From: Candidatus Latescibacterota bacterium
GTDB lineage: Bacteria > Latescibacterota > UBA2968 > UBA8231
Direction of reading: 5' to 3'
Assembly (NCBI GenBank): GCA_965223905.1
Contig: CBDCXV010000001.1
Coordinates: 384,001-448,000 of the forward strand
DNA: 64,000 nucleotides
Shown: positions 1 through 11,011 of the stretch, in pieces
Numbering within the stretch: position 1 is the stretch's first letter
Layout of the letters: each line of letters opens with the position of its first letter
Made by a program: the position numbers and the translations under genes
The notes under the pieces: model-generated
Database searches by the model: none
The model's input: the letters and a program-made list of their open reading frames with translations, nothing else
Told to the model about the DNA's origin: nothing

Positions 1-1403
1 GGCGCCGGCTGCTTAGACACGGCGGCGTCACAGGCCATCCTGAGATAGTCGAGGACGTTGCGCTGCTGCTGGCGCAGGGTATCGCGCACCGTGAGCAGGC
101 GCTCTACGAAACGGCTGCCTTCGGCACTGTGGGTGCCGAAGCTGGTGTGACGCCACAACACGCCATGGCGAAGGGCTCGTTCGGCGTCGTTGTTGGTCGG
201 CTCGACGCCGGGCCGGCGTGCGAAGGTCCACAGGGCCGGCCCGAGGTCGAGGAGATTGGCGCAGGTGGCCGCCGTCTTGGCGTCGGCGAACTGCTGCCCA
301 TAGCACAAATGAAACCGAAAGCGCAGACACAAATCGTCGATATAGTCCTGGAAGCGGGCGCGGGACAGGGTACCGTCGCGGACTTGATGCCACCAGGTAA
401 ACAGCTGCTCGCTGCGGTCCAACAGGTGTTGACCGACGCGCTCGGCCTCTCCGCCCCGGGCCACGAACTCCTCGAAGGCGCGCCGCAGGTGAGCCCAGCA
501 GACTTGCCGGCGTCGCAGCGGCAGATGCGCGTAGGCCGAATAGCGATCGCAGCCGACCACCGCCCGGTTATCCGCACCCAGCATCTCATCGACCCCGTCG
601 CGGTTACGTCTTTTGCGGATGGAGAACACGGTGACGCCGTCCGTCACCGCGGTCCACAACCAGGCCTTGGCGCGGCGCTGGCGCCAGCCGGTCTCGTCGA
701 CGTTGACGATGCCCTGTCGGCGAACGAAGGCGCGCGCCTCCTCGACCGCACCCGCCAGGGCCGTGGCCACTTCCTGTTCCAGCCGGCTGACGGTACCCAG
801 CGACACCTCCAGGCCGAAGGCGTCGGACAACAGCGCCCGGATGTTGCGCTTGCTCAGCCGGTAGGCCCCGGCCAACAGGCCGACCCAGGCTTGCACGCTG
901 GGACCGAAGGTGTGCCGCGATACGCCCTCGGGCCAACCGGCTTCGGTCAGGCGGTCGCAGTGACCGCAGCGCAGGGTGTGCAACTGATACTCGATGACCT
1001 CGGCCCGCACCGGCGGGATGACGACTGCCTGGTGACGCTGCGGATGGGGATCGTCTCCCGTCAACAGGTGCCCGCATCCGTGGCACGTACTCGGCTTGAC
1101 CGGGATCCGTTCGTCCACCTGCTCCACCGATACCCACGAGCGGCCGTGTCCTTCGTGCCCGGGCTGTCCGCCCGGCGAGCGCCCCGAGGATCGGCGTCGG
1201 GAGGCGTCGGTGCGAGGCGAGGAGGAAGCGCCCGATTCCGACGAGGCGGCCCGGGCACCGCGGCGGGACCGCCCCTTGCGGCGGGCCAATTCCCGCTCCA
1301 GCTCGGCGATCCGCGCCGTCTGTTGTTCCACGATTTGCTCGAGCTGGACAATGCGCTGACGCAAGTCGCCTTCGGAAATCGCACTCTCAGGGGGTCTCTT
1401 CAT
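1..1403 (-). CDS. IS66 family transposase (3' end runs off window)
   Basis: Read manually from ATG at 1403: coiled coil, PGGQPGHEGHGR, and C-terminal GVEPTNNDAERALRHGVLWRHTSFGTHSAEGSRFVERLLTV. Absent from the ORF track because no stop falls inside the window. Confidence 0.92.
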   Translation of the reverse strand, partial: MKRPPESAISEGDLRQRIVQLEQIVEQQTARIAELERELARRKGRSRRGARAASSESGASSSPRTDASRRRSSGRSPGGQPGHEGHGRSWVSVEQVDERIPVKPSTCHGCGHLLTGDDPHPQRHQAVVIPPVRAEVIEYQLHTLRCGHCDRLTEAGWPEGVSRHTFGPSVQAWVGLLAGAYRLSKRNIRALLSDAFGLEVSLGTVSRLEQEVATALAGAVEEARAFVRRQGIVNVDETGWRQRRAKAWLWTAVTDGVTVFSIRKRRNRDGVDEMLGADNRAVVGCDRYSAYAHLPLRRRQVCWAHLRRAFEEFVARGGEAERVGQHLLDRSEQLFTWWHQVRDGTLSRARFQDYIDDLCLRFRFHLCYGQQFADAKTAATCANLLDLGPALWTFARRPGVEPTNNDAERALRHGVLWRHTSFGTHSAEGSRFVERLLTVRDTLRQQQRNVLDYLRMACDAAVSKQPA

Positions 1404-1528
1404 GGGGTCGCCGTATCCAGGAAAATCTGCAACACACAACCGATTCCCGAAGATACCGACGAACCCCAAAACCCGCGTAGGTATTTCTTTATATGCTCAA
1501 ACTACTGCAGGGGGGACTGAACGGTTAC
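1..1528 (-). mobile_element. IS66-family insertion sequence (single-ORF, ISBst12-like), right end outside window
   Basis: The minus strand starts at 1528 with GTAACCGTTCAGTCCCCC, matching the GTAA terminus of IS66. The transposase ATG lies 125 bp inside, with no room for tnpA/tnpB. Confidence 0.85.
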
Positions 1529-4500
1529 CTGTTTGAACTGGTCCAGAACGCACTCGATGCAGGGGCAAATTCAATCGCCATTCGGCTCGCAGAAAACGGC
1601 GACGCTTTGACCCTCCAGCACGATGGAGGTCAACCTCTCGACGAGAAAGACGTCGAGGGACTCTCGAAAATCTTCCGGTCGACCAAGGGCGCCTGGTCCG
1701 TAGGCTTCATGGGTATCGGCTTCAAGAGTGTCTTCGGGAGGTTTCAAGAGGCCTGGATCTCTGGGAGCGGTTGGACATTCCGCTATGAGACCACCCAGGT
1801 AGTGGGCCAGGAGTATGGAGACAAACAACGCGATTTGCTGGGGGCGGTAATCCCAGTCTGGGATGACACGATCCCGGCACCCCAACCTGGTTTCACCACC
1901 CGTTTCGAGATGCACCGGCCAACCGAAGAAGGACGGGATCTCCAATCGGACTTGGCGCAATTTCTACCAGAGGGAAGTCGCACGATACTCGCGATCTTGG
2001 CGGCGTCCGGCCTGGAGCGCCTCGAAGTGAACGATCAAGAGTGGGAATTGGGCACCAGTGGGGAGCCCGGGGGGAGCTTGGTGGTGACCGCGTTTACGCA
2101 CGACGAAAACCTGCTCTGGCGGCTATTTCCGGCGCAATTCCGACCTTCCAGGGAAGCGGTTGCGTGTTTTCTCGAACACCGCAGAATCCAGCCTTCCGAG
2201 GAAGAGCGCGAGCAGGTCTATGCTGAAGCCGCCCGTGATCGCCGGGTGTTGGGGGTGCTGCCCCTGGACAACGACGGCATGCCCAAGCCACCGCCCAGGG
2301 GACGGGTCTGGGCCACCTTGCCCACTGAGGTTACTCTGCCTTTTGGCCTGCACATCAATGCCGACTGGCTGTTGAACATCTCCCGGACCGGGCTACGAGA
2401 GATTGAAGACAATCCCTGGCAGCGTGGTATCGCGGACAGCATCGCGGACATATTGGCGGGCTTCCTCGAGTGGTCTGCTGATACGCTTGCGGAGCCCGAC
2501 AGGGCCAAGGCGGCTTTCAAGGCCCTCGCGTTGCCATCTCTCGAAGCTGGAGGACTTGAAACACTTCTTGCCAGTGAGCACTGGCTATCGGGGTTGCGGA
2601 ATCGCCTTGAAGAGGCTGCGGTGTTTCCCGTTTGGACCGGGGAAACCGGGAGGCTGGCGTTCTCGAAACCGGGCGATACCGTCGTTCCGCCCGCCCCGTT
2701 GGCGAGAGCGTTCAGCAAATATCCGGATCTGCGACCGGCGGTTCTTCTGAAAGGGTCCGTGCTCATGGGCGATGTGCTTGGACCCGATGCGCTCAAGCTT
2801 CTGCGCCGAATTGGCCTTCTCTGCGAGATGTCGCCACAAGAATTGGAGCAAGCGTGGCAGGGTGGTCTGGAAGATTGCTGGAAACAGTTCCCCGGAGAGC
2901 ACGAGAGCCGGCGGCGCCTGCTTTTTCGCCTATGGGCTGCTGTCGCCGATCTGCTTTCTGATGAGGCTTGGCGGGATGTCGATCTTCATTGCATTCGTTC
3001 CGTCGCCGGCAAATGGCACCCGGTGACCGAGGTCGTATTCCTCAACGAGAGGCTTCCTACCAAAAGGGAGCCGGGCGGATCCGAAACCCGCGGATTCGTG
3101 GAGCCGCTCGTCCCGGACGAGAACCGCCTGGGGGACGAATGGGTTGCCACCCTTCGCCAACGGAGACGCAACGAGCCTGAGCAGAAGATCCTTTCGCAAG
3201 CTTGGGATTGGATCGAGAGGCACGCCCGCGGCATCAGTCTCCTGGAGGTAGTCGAGGCTGCCGTTAACAATCTGAAGTTGTCGGCGAATCCGGACTGGTC
3301 GGTGCTCGTACCACTTGGGCACTGGTCGAAGCACCGTAATCGTCCTGACCTGTTGGCTCACGTGCTCGTGGAGTCGGAGAACGGTCAGCGGGGGTTGCCG
3401 GTCGGCGAGGCACTCCTGGCAACTCCGTATGTCGAGCACGGTCGGGATCGCGCCCTTCTGTTTCCGGCGAACCCGGTGATCTCGTCGGCATACTTGGACC
3501 AAGACCCAAAACATGCAAGCTCAAGGGAATGGCGGGCGTTCTTCGAGAAAGCTGGCGCGAAGGGAGGGCTCGAAGTGAGGTGCTTGGAGGATTTTGCTTC
3601 CAGAGGAAAGCGGGAGCTCGTCGCGAAGTTCCTTGGTACCGACGTTAATGCGATCGGCGAATCGAATGACAGTGGCTATAGGCTTCTGGACTTCGACATC
3701 GAGCCAAGTCTTCCCGGACCGGATGCACCCAGAGAACTCCGAGGGGCTCTCGCTGCCTGGATCGAGGACGGTTCCCAAGTTCTCCATGCCAATGGGCGGC
3801 GGCAGTGTTCGTATTTCTATTACCATTCCAACACCCGCCATGGAACCACCCAGAGCGCCTGGGTGATCAAGCTATCCAAACTGGCATGGGTGCCCTGTGA
3901 AGATGGCGAACTCCGGCGTCCGCAGGACGTACTTCCATGGTCCGACCCAGCACGGGAAGACGCACCGGTTGCGCAACTTTCGCCCGAACTCCTGTCCGTA
4001 TTGGAGCAGGAAGGCGTGAAATTCGGTACGGCCATTCCCGAAGCTACATCCCTCCGCAGACTGGCGGCAGTAGGCTTCCGACTCGATGCAGAAGAGCTGG
4101 CGGAGCTTCTTTCCCAGTGCCGCCACCAGGTAACGTCGGACAAGGACAGGGGCTTGTTAGATCGAGCTCTCCAAGAGCTTACAGTTCCGTCGAGTAACAG
4201 CCAGCGTTTCCCGCTCGATCGGATCGTCCGGCGGGTCGGGGGTAGCCACCGAGGCGGGCTGGGTGGCTGGGTCGTACCGGTGGATCGGATCGAAGACGTG
4301 TTGCGCAGGGAATTGGAACATCCCGATTTCGCCCGCGACTTCCCGGACACTACTACCGGCGGCCAGGCTCTGGATTACATCCGGGAGGTCTGGAAGCGTG
4401 CCCGTTCGTCGCCCGAAGGGTTGGCGAACGAGGTGCGCGACGTGCTCCCGACCGCCTATGCCTACTGCCTGGAAGACTGTCAAGAGGATGTGGCGCTTTC

Positions 4501-5969
4501 TGAACAATGGGAGGAAGCCGCTACGGAGGCGGTGGTCTTTGCCGAGCGGGACTGGGTTGTCTTGACCGAGGCTGACAACACCTATTTGGACGACATCGAA
4601 GATCGGCTATTTCTCCCAAGCAAACACCAAGTGCGAATTGTCACGGGCGGACACCTTGGCCATTCCAGGTCGCAGCAACTTTGCACTGCGGAAGCGATTG
4701 GCCTGCCGCTTCTGTCGTCTTCGGTCATCATGGAGTGGCATTGCGAAGAAGAGACGCCAATCTCCGATGATTGGGTCTCCAGGTTCGACCTCACCTGTCA
4801 GCTTCTCCGACGGGTTCGGGGGAGTGAGCAAGAGGAAAGCGACGGAGCGGGAATCGAGACAGAAAAGCTACCGATGCTGATCCGCGTTCGCGAGCTTGCT
4901 CTCAAGGTTCGAGTACTTAACGGTGACAGCGAGCATGTGCCTGTGAACGCCCGCTTGCACAAGCGCGCCCTGAGCGTCGCGGGCCGCCCGATTCAGTTCG
5001 CGTCCGACGCGGCCAAGGAACTCCTACGAGAATATTCGTTCGGACAGCGCGCAGATCTTGCCGCCGACCTCACTGGCATGCTGACGGCAATTGACGTCGA
5101 TCGGGATTTCCATTTTGCCGCAGATAAGTTCCGGCGCTCCCATGCACCCAAATTCAAATGGCCGCCAGTGGTCCTGCTGGATTTGGATCATGAGGAAGCA
5201 ACCGGTCCGGGGGACGAGCCGACTGGACCCGCGAGTACCGCTGCACCGATCAGGGACGAAAGGCAGGGAGCGGATGCTCCTACGGACCAAGCGCGCCCTT
5301 CCGGCGCCTCTGGGCGTGGAAAGCCTAATCTGTCCGGCGATGGCAAGGCCGTCGATGACCAGACAGGACAACCCGGTGAGCTTGAGCGCGAGGAGTCTGG
5401 TTCAACGGGCGGCTCTTACACCAGGGACAGAGCTCTTGCCCGACAGAACGCCCTGGCGGAACAGTTGAGGAGTTCGCTGAAAGGGGAGATCGCGCCGAAC
5501 CCTGAAGAGGATGATGCAGCCGAGACCGGGATCTCCAACGAAGACCGGCCCACGGCTCTCGGGGACGAAGAGTACCGAAAAGTTGCGGCGCGATACGAGA
5601 GAGAAGCAGGCCGAGAGCCGGAGCTTGGGGATCCCCGTCAAACCGGCTGGGATATCCGCAGTACTGACCCGAGGACCAAGGCGGTTCGGCTGATCGAGGT
5701 GAAAGGAAGGGGCCGTCCCTGGGATGAAGACGAGGTCGTGGAGCTGACGCGCGCTCAGATAGGCAAGGCGTTTGAAACGGCGGAGAAGCAGGCGACGGAT
5801 TCGTGGTACCTCTATGTAGTGGAGAAGACGGATGACGACGGATGACGACGGCTACCAAGTGCTCCCCATCGGGAATCCGATTCAGACCGCCGCGAAATGG
5901 ATACTTCCCGGTAAATCGTGGCGGATGGCGGCGGAGAGCCCTAAATCTGTTGCCGGTCCTGAAAACTGA
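1493..5969 (+). pseudogene. Sacsin/NO VEIN-like GHKL ATPase with C-terminal DUF3883 PD-(D/E)XK nuclease; IS-disrupted 5' end and frameshifted 3' end (open frame 1493-5845)
   Basis: GHKL motifs ELVQNALDA, HDG and GFMGIGFKSVF; C-terminal GWDIRS...IEVKG. The first 12 codons derive from the IS end. A 10-bp duplication at 5831-5850 creates the early stop. Confidence 0.8.
5831..5850 (+). repeat. 10-bp tandem duplication (GATGACGACG x2)
   Basis: Directly visible; causes the TGA at 5843-5845. Confidence 0.95.
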
Positions 5970-6138
5970 TCCCGGAGGTTCATCTGAGGTGCGTTCGACG
6001 AATGTCCAGCTCCCGAAAGAATCCAGGGAATTTCGGGAAAACTTCCTGCCTCCTGTTGGCAAATTCGCAATAGACCATCGCCTTGGAGAGGCAAGCCCCA
6101 TTTTCCGTTGAAACAAAGCACAGGCTCGGTTGAGTTGA

Positions 6139-6710
6139 TCAGCCCGTCATGGCGAGCTGTTTGATACCGAGCTCGGCTTGCAGGGCGTGCCGTAGCGTCG
6201 GCAAGTGACGGTAGCCTTTGACCCGGCGCCTGCCCGCGAGCGGCGTGCAGGCGGGCAGACGCGGTTCGATGTCCAGCAGCGCCGTGGCGACCCAGCGGTG
6301 ACGCTGCGATGAATTGCTCCAGCGCCGCACATTGTGTGCGTCAACTGCTCAAAAAGGCCGTTGACGTTCTCGATACAGTTGGTGGTACGGAAGGTACGGA
6401 AGAATCCTTCAGCATCGGCATCAGCCCCAAACGGTGCAGCGCCAGAGTCTCTTCCAGACCTTCCTTGAGGCTTCGCAGGGCGGACCGCTCCCTCAGCTCC
6501 AAGCCCGGTTTGAACGCCTCCAGGGCGGCCTTGGCCTCCTCGTAGGCCGCTTGTGCGTAGGCCGCTTCCATTTTGCGACGGATACGGTCTTGCTCGCTCT
6601 TGGGCAGATACGAAACGACGTTCTGGCGCTTGTGCTGGCAGCGCTGCACGCAGGCATGCCATCCTAGCACCGACCGCACCGCCTTGTACAGTCCCTTACT
6701 CGAATCCGGC
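6139..6710 (-). pseudogene. IS256-family transposase remnant (C-terminal part, frameshifted)
   Basis: Pieces in three frames: KGLYKAVRSVLG..VQRCQ.HKRQNV, SLKEGLEETLALHRLG, FRTTNCIENVN, RRWSNSSQRHRWVATALLDIEPRL..RVKGYRHL. Confidence 0.85.
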
Positions 6711-6725
6711 CCGGCTTCATACTGC

Positions 6726-6901
6726 AATCCGGTCGTTACCGTTTCCCGACGTCAGGACTGCTCGGGCTGACCGCCCCGCCGACACGGAAGGGGATTGAAC
6801 TGCTGGAGGACCTTGGCGTGGTTCGCGAGATCACCGGCAAGCGTCGCGGCCGCGCCTACGCTAACCACGAGTACCTTCAAGTCTTTACCGGTGACGAGTA
6901 G
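6726..6901 (+). pseudogene. C-terminal remnant of a Fic-family protein
   Basis: GLTAPPTRKGIELLEDLGVVREITGKRRGRAYANHEYLQVFTGDE* resembles the HTH-like C-terminus of Fic/DOC proteins. No start codon; frameshifted. Confidence 0.65.
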
Positions 6902-7032
6902 GTGATCCTTCCGTCCGCGATACCTGGCCTGGCAAGTTCAGTAGCCGAACAAATCCAGACCGGGATGAAGTGGCTCTTGCGCAAGGGCACGTGCGGCGCA
7001 TCTTATCGAGATAAGATAAAAAGGAGATATAA

Positions 7033-7314
7033 ATGGACTATCTGGCGGTAAAGGATCTCAAAAAGACCAGAGAACTCTGGGAAAAGCTTGCCAGGGAGCG
7101 AGAGCTGGTCATTACCCGGGACGGCAAGCCATCGGCCTTGATGATCAGCATCTCACCGGAGACCGTGGAGGAGTCGTTGCGCGAGATACGTCGGGCGCTC
7201 TTCTCGGGCGCCGTCAGCCGGGTGCGAAAGCGGGCAGAGAAGGAAGGGATACCGGACGGCCCAACGATTGCAGCAGAGATCGATCAGAGCAGGAAGGACC
7301 AAGGCCTGTCTTGA
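7033..7314 (+). CDS. Phd/YefM-family antitoxin
   Basis: 93 aa, LVITRDGKPSALM motif, strong AAGGAG RBS, overlaps the PIN gene. Confidence 0.85.
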   Translation: MDYLAVKDLKKTRELWEKLARERELVITRDGKPSALMISISPETVEESLREIRRALFSGAVSRVRKRAEKEGIPDGPTIAAEIDQSRKDQGLS

Positions 7315-7736
7315 GAGTGGTCCTCGACACCAACGTCCTGGTATCGGGGCTGATCAACCCTCACGGCTACCCCGGGCGGATTGTCGACTTGCTGCGTGTG
7401 GACGTGTTGGAGGTCGTGGTGGATGACCGCATTCTGGCCGAGTACCACGATGTCCTTGCTCGCGAGGCTTTCGGCAGGTACTTCTCGAAGCCAGACCGGG
7501 AAGCCATACTGGACTACCTCGACAACAACGCACTGCACATCGCCCCTCACTTGGTCTTGGCCCCTTTCCCGGATCCCGGGGACACGCCGTTCCTGGAGGT
7601 GGCACTGTCCGAGGATGTGCCCCTGGTGACCGGAAATGCGAGCCACTTCCCTCCGGAAAGGCGGAGAAACTGCGAAGTGTTCAGTCCAAGGGAGTTTTTC
7701 CACAGGCACTATCCCGCCGGGTCAAAGGGGGAATGA
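7311..7736 (+). CDS. PIN-domain toxin (VapC-like)
   Basis: VVLDTNVLVSG, ILAEY, PDPGDTPFLEVA, LVTGN motifs. Confidence 0.9.
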   Translation: MRVVLDTNVLVSGLINPHGYPGRIVDLLRVDVLEVVVDDRILAEYHDVLAREAFGRYFSKPDREAILDYLDNNALHIAPHLVLAPFPDPGDTPFLEVALSEDVPLVTGNASHFPPERRRNCEVFSPREFFHRHYPAGSKGE

Positions 7737-8947
7737 ACTCCGGGGGGCACATCAGGACCGCCAACCTCCGTCCCTGCCTGCGCGCCGCGGGACTGGTGCT
7801 GCCGCTGCTTGCCTTCATCGGCCTGACCTTCATCGCGCCGCTGGCAACCATGCTCGTGCGCAGCGTGTACGATTCGGTGGTCGCGGAAGCTCTCCCCGAA
7901 ACCCTCGGCCTGCTGCGCCAGTGGGATGGGAAGGCCCCCCCCGCCGAAGCGGTGTACGAGGCAGCCGCACGAGAGCTGGCAAAGGCGCGCGCGGAGCGGA
8001 CCCTCGGCCAGGTGGCGACCCGGGTGAACCGCATTCACGGCGGACTGCGCAGCGTCCTGACCCGCAGTGCGCGCAAGTTGCAGAAGGTCGGCGAAGGGCC
8101 CTGGCGCGATGCCATGATCGGAGTCGACGATGCCTGGGGGGAGGTGCGGACCTGGCACGCGATCCGCAGCGCCGGGGAACGGTTCACCGCGCGGCACTAC
8201 CTGAACGCCCTCGACCTGCAACGGCTGCCCGACGGGTCGGTCGCCCGCCAGCCGGAGGAGCGCCGGATCTATCTGCCTCTGCTGTGGCGCACCCTGCTGG
8301 TGAGCCTGGGAATCACCGGGCTGTGCCTGTTGCTGGGCTATCCCATCGCTCACCTGATCGCCCATGCCCCCCCGCACCGCGCCAACCTGCTCCTGGCGCT
8401 GGTGCTCGTCCCCTTCTGGACCTCCCTGCTGGTGCGGACGACTTCCTGGATCGTCCTGCTTCAGAACCAGGGGGTTCTCAACGACGCCCTCGTGGCCCTG
8501 GGGCTGATCGGGGACGATGGCAGGCTAGCCATGATCTACAACATGACCGGTACCTTCGTGGCGATGACCCACGTGCTGCTCCCCTTCATGGTGCTGCCGC
8601 TCTACTCGATCATGCGCGCCATACCCCCGGTCCAGATGAGCGCCGCGGCCTCGCTGGGGGCCAATCCGCTACAGGCTTTCTGCCGGGTGTACTGGCCGCA
8701 GACGCTCCCCGGCGTCGGCGCCGGCTCGCTGCTGGTCTTCATCCTCGCCATCGGCTACTACATCACCCCCGCGCTGGTGGGGGGCAGCAGCGGCCAGCTG
8801 ATTTCCAACATGATCGCCTACCACATGCAGACCTCCCTCAACTGGTCTCTCGCCGCGGCCCTCGGCGGCATTCTCCTGGTCTGCGTGATCGCCCTTTACT
8901 GGCTCTACGATCGCCTGGTGGGCGTCGAGCGCATGAGGCTGGGCTGA
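7733..8947 (+). CDS. ABC transporter permease, PotB-like (polyamine/opine)
   Basis: PFWTSLLVRT, AAASLGANPLQAF EAA-loop region, multiple TM segments. Confidence 0.9.
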   Translation: MNSGGHIRTANLRPCLRAAGLVLPLLAFIGLTFIAPLATMLVRSVYDSVVAEALPETLGLLRQWDGKAPPAEAVYEAAARELAKARAERTLGQVATRVNRIHGGLRSVLTRSARKLQKVGEGPWRDAMIGVDDAWGEVRTWHAIRSAGERFTARHYLNALDLQRLPDGSVARQPEERRIYLPLLWRTLLVSLGITGLCLLLGYPIAHLIAHAPPHRANLLLALVLVPFWTSLLVRTTSWIVLLQNQGVLNDALVALGLIGDDGRLAMIYNMTGTFVAMTHVLLPFMVLPLYSIMRAIPPVQMSAAASLGANPLQAFCRVYWPQTLPGVGAGSLLVFILAIGYYITPALVGGSSGQLISNMIAYHMQTSLNWSLAAALGGILLVCVIALYWLYDRLVGVERMRLG

Positions 8948-8948
8948 A

Positions 8949-9779
8949 ATGACGCCGCAGGGCAGAGAGCGCATCGTCCGGTTTGCCTACCTGGCGTTTT
9001 GCGCCGCGGTGTTCGCCTTTCTCGTGGCGCCGATTCTGGTGATCGTGCCGTTGAGCTTCAACGCCGAGCCCTACTTCACTTTCACCGACGGCATGCTGCG
9101 CCTCGACGCCGAGGCGTACTCGCTGCGCTGGTACCGCCAGATCGTCGAAGAGGATGCGTGGACGCGCGCCCTGGCCAACAGTCTGATCATCGGGGTCGCC
9201 TCCACGGCGCTGGCGACCACACTCGGAACGCTGGCGGCCCTGGGCCTGTCGAGCGCCGCCATGCCGGCCCGCCGCCTGGCGATGGGATTGCTGATCTCGC
9301 CGATGGTGACCCCGGTGATCATCTCGGCTGCGGGCATGTTCTTCTTCTACTCGAGTCTCGGACTGTCCCAGACCCACCTCGGTTTGATCCTTGCGCACGC
9401 GGCGCTGGGCACGCCCTTTGTCGTGATAACCGTTACCGCGACGCTTTCCGCCTTCGATACGAACCTGACGCGGGCGGCGGCCAGTCTGGGGGCCGGACCG
9501 TTGCGCACCTTCCGCAGCGTGCAGCTGCCCCTGATCGCGCCGGGGGTCGTCTCCGGTGGACTCTTCGCCTTCGCCACTTCCTTCGACGAAGTGGTCGCCG
9601 TGCTCTTCATGGCCGCCCTGGAGCAGCGCACCATCCCGCGCCAGATGTGGGCCGGCATCCGCGAGCAGATCAGTCCGACCATCCTGGCGGTGGCTACCTT
9701 CCTGATCGTCTTTGCCGTGCTGCTGCTGTTCGCCGTGGAATGGCTGCGCCGGCGGGCGAGCTCGGGAGCGGCAGCTTGA
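8949..9779 (+). CDS. ABC transporter permease, PotC-like
   Basis: PLSFN, SLRWY, AAASLGAG, FATSFDEVV. Confidence 0.9.
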   Translation: MTPQGRERIVRFAYLAFCAAVFAFLVAPILVIVPLSFNAEPYFTFTDGMLRLDAEAYSLRWYRQIVEEDAWTRALANSLIIGVASTALATTLGTLAALGLSSAAMPARRLAMGLLISPMVTPVIISAAGMFFFYSSLGLSQTHLGLILAHAALGTPFVVITVTATLSAFDTNLTRAAASLGAGPLRTFRSVQLPLIAPGVVSGGLFAFATSFDEVVAVLFMAALEQRTIPRQMWAGIREQISPTILAVATFLIVFAVLLLFAVEWLRRRASSGAAA

Positions 9780-9868
9780 TCCCGGCAGCACGCAATGTGC
9801 ACCAAGGCGCATAACCGAATGGAAACCGGGGATTTGAACCAGCTGCTGCCTGACGCGACTTTGAGAGC

Positions 9869-11011
9869 ATGGATGTCTGCATAGCAGGGGCGGGAATCTT
9901 CGGCATGGCCGCGGCGCTCGAGCTGCGCGAGCGCGGCCACGAGGTGACCCTGATCGAGCGCGGTGAAATCCCCAATCCTGAGGCGTCGAGCACCGATGTC
10001 TCCAAGGTGATCCGGCGCACCAACTACCCGAACGAGATTTACGTCGAGCTGGTGACGCGGGCCGCGGCGCAGTGGCGGGAATGGCACGAGCGCACCAGCC
10101 GCTCGATCTACTTCCAGACCGGCAAGCTGATCGCGGTGCACGGATTCGGACCGGAGCACGAGGCGCTGGCCGGCTGGGAGACGCTGAGCCGGTTGGGCAA
10201 GGATGTAACCGAGTTGACCGCCAAAGAGGTGAACCGGCGGTTTCCCCAGTTCACCGTCAGCGACGAGGACCGGCTGTTCCACGATCCCTGGGCCGGGTAC
10301 CTGCGCAGCGGTCAGGCGCTGGCCGACCTCGCCGGGCTGGCCCGTGACTCGGGGGTGGCGATCTTGGAGAACACCCAGGTGACGGCCGTCGAAGAGACCG
10401 CATCCGGCGCCAGGATAAGGTGGGACACCGGATCGCATGACTGCGACCGCGCGGTGGTAGCTGCCGGCCCATGGGTGGGGAAGCTGCTGCCGGCGATGGC
10501 GACCCGGGTGCGGATTACGCGGCAGCAGATGGCCTTCTTCCACCCGAAGCATCCGGCCCCCTTCGAGCGCGGCCGCTTTCCGGTGTGGTCGATCCTGTCG
10601 CCCGGCAACCTCTGGTACGGATTCCCCTACCTGCACGAGGGGTTCGTCAAGGTGGCCGAGGACAGCAAGGTGGCCGACACCACGGTCGATGTCTCGCGCG
10701 AGCCGACGCCGGCGTTTCTCGCCTGGGCCCGCGACTTCGTCGCCGCTCGCATCCCCGCCCTCGACGGCGCCGCGCCGGCCGGCGGCCGTTCCTGTCTCTA
10801 CACCAACATGGCCGACATGGAGGACGAGGAGTTCGTCATCGACTGGGCCCCGGGGTGTGAGAGGGTGCTGATCGCCGGCTGCGGCTGCGGCCATGGCTTC
10901 AAGTTCGGCGGCTCCATCGGTCCGGTGATCGCCGACGCCCTGGAAGACAAGGAGAACCGCTTGGGAGACCTGTTCAGGATCGGAACGAGATTCGAGAAAG
11001 GAGCCGACTGA
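9869..11011 (+). CDS. FAD-dependent oxidoreductase, sarcosine oxidase/SolA-like
   Basis: GAGIFG Rossmann motif, ASSTDVSKVIR, CLYT, GHGFKFG. Confidence 0.88.
   Translation: MDVCIAGAGIFGMAAALELRERGHEVTLIERGEIPNPEASSTDVSKVIRRTNYPNEIYVELVTRAAAQWREWHERTSRSIYFQTGKLIAVHGFGPEHEALAGWETLSRLGKDVTELTAKEVNRRFPQFTVSDEDRLFHDPWAGYLRSGQALADLAGLARDSGVAILENTQVTAVEETASGARIRWDTGSHDCDRAVVAAGPWVGKLLPAMATRVRITRQQMAFFHPKHPAPFERGRFPVWSILSPGNLWYGFPYLHEGFVKVAEDSKVADTTVDVSREPTPAFLAWARDFVAARIPALDGAAPAGGRSCLYTNMADMEDEEFVIDWAPGCERVLIAGCGCGHGFKFGGSIGPVIADALEDKENRLGDLFRIGTRFEKGAD

Noticed and set aside
129-1520. 463-aa plus-strand ORF
   Set aside because: Antisense shadow of the IS66 transposase, which carries the real motifs on the minus strand.
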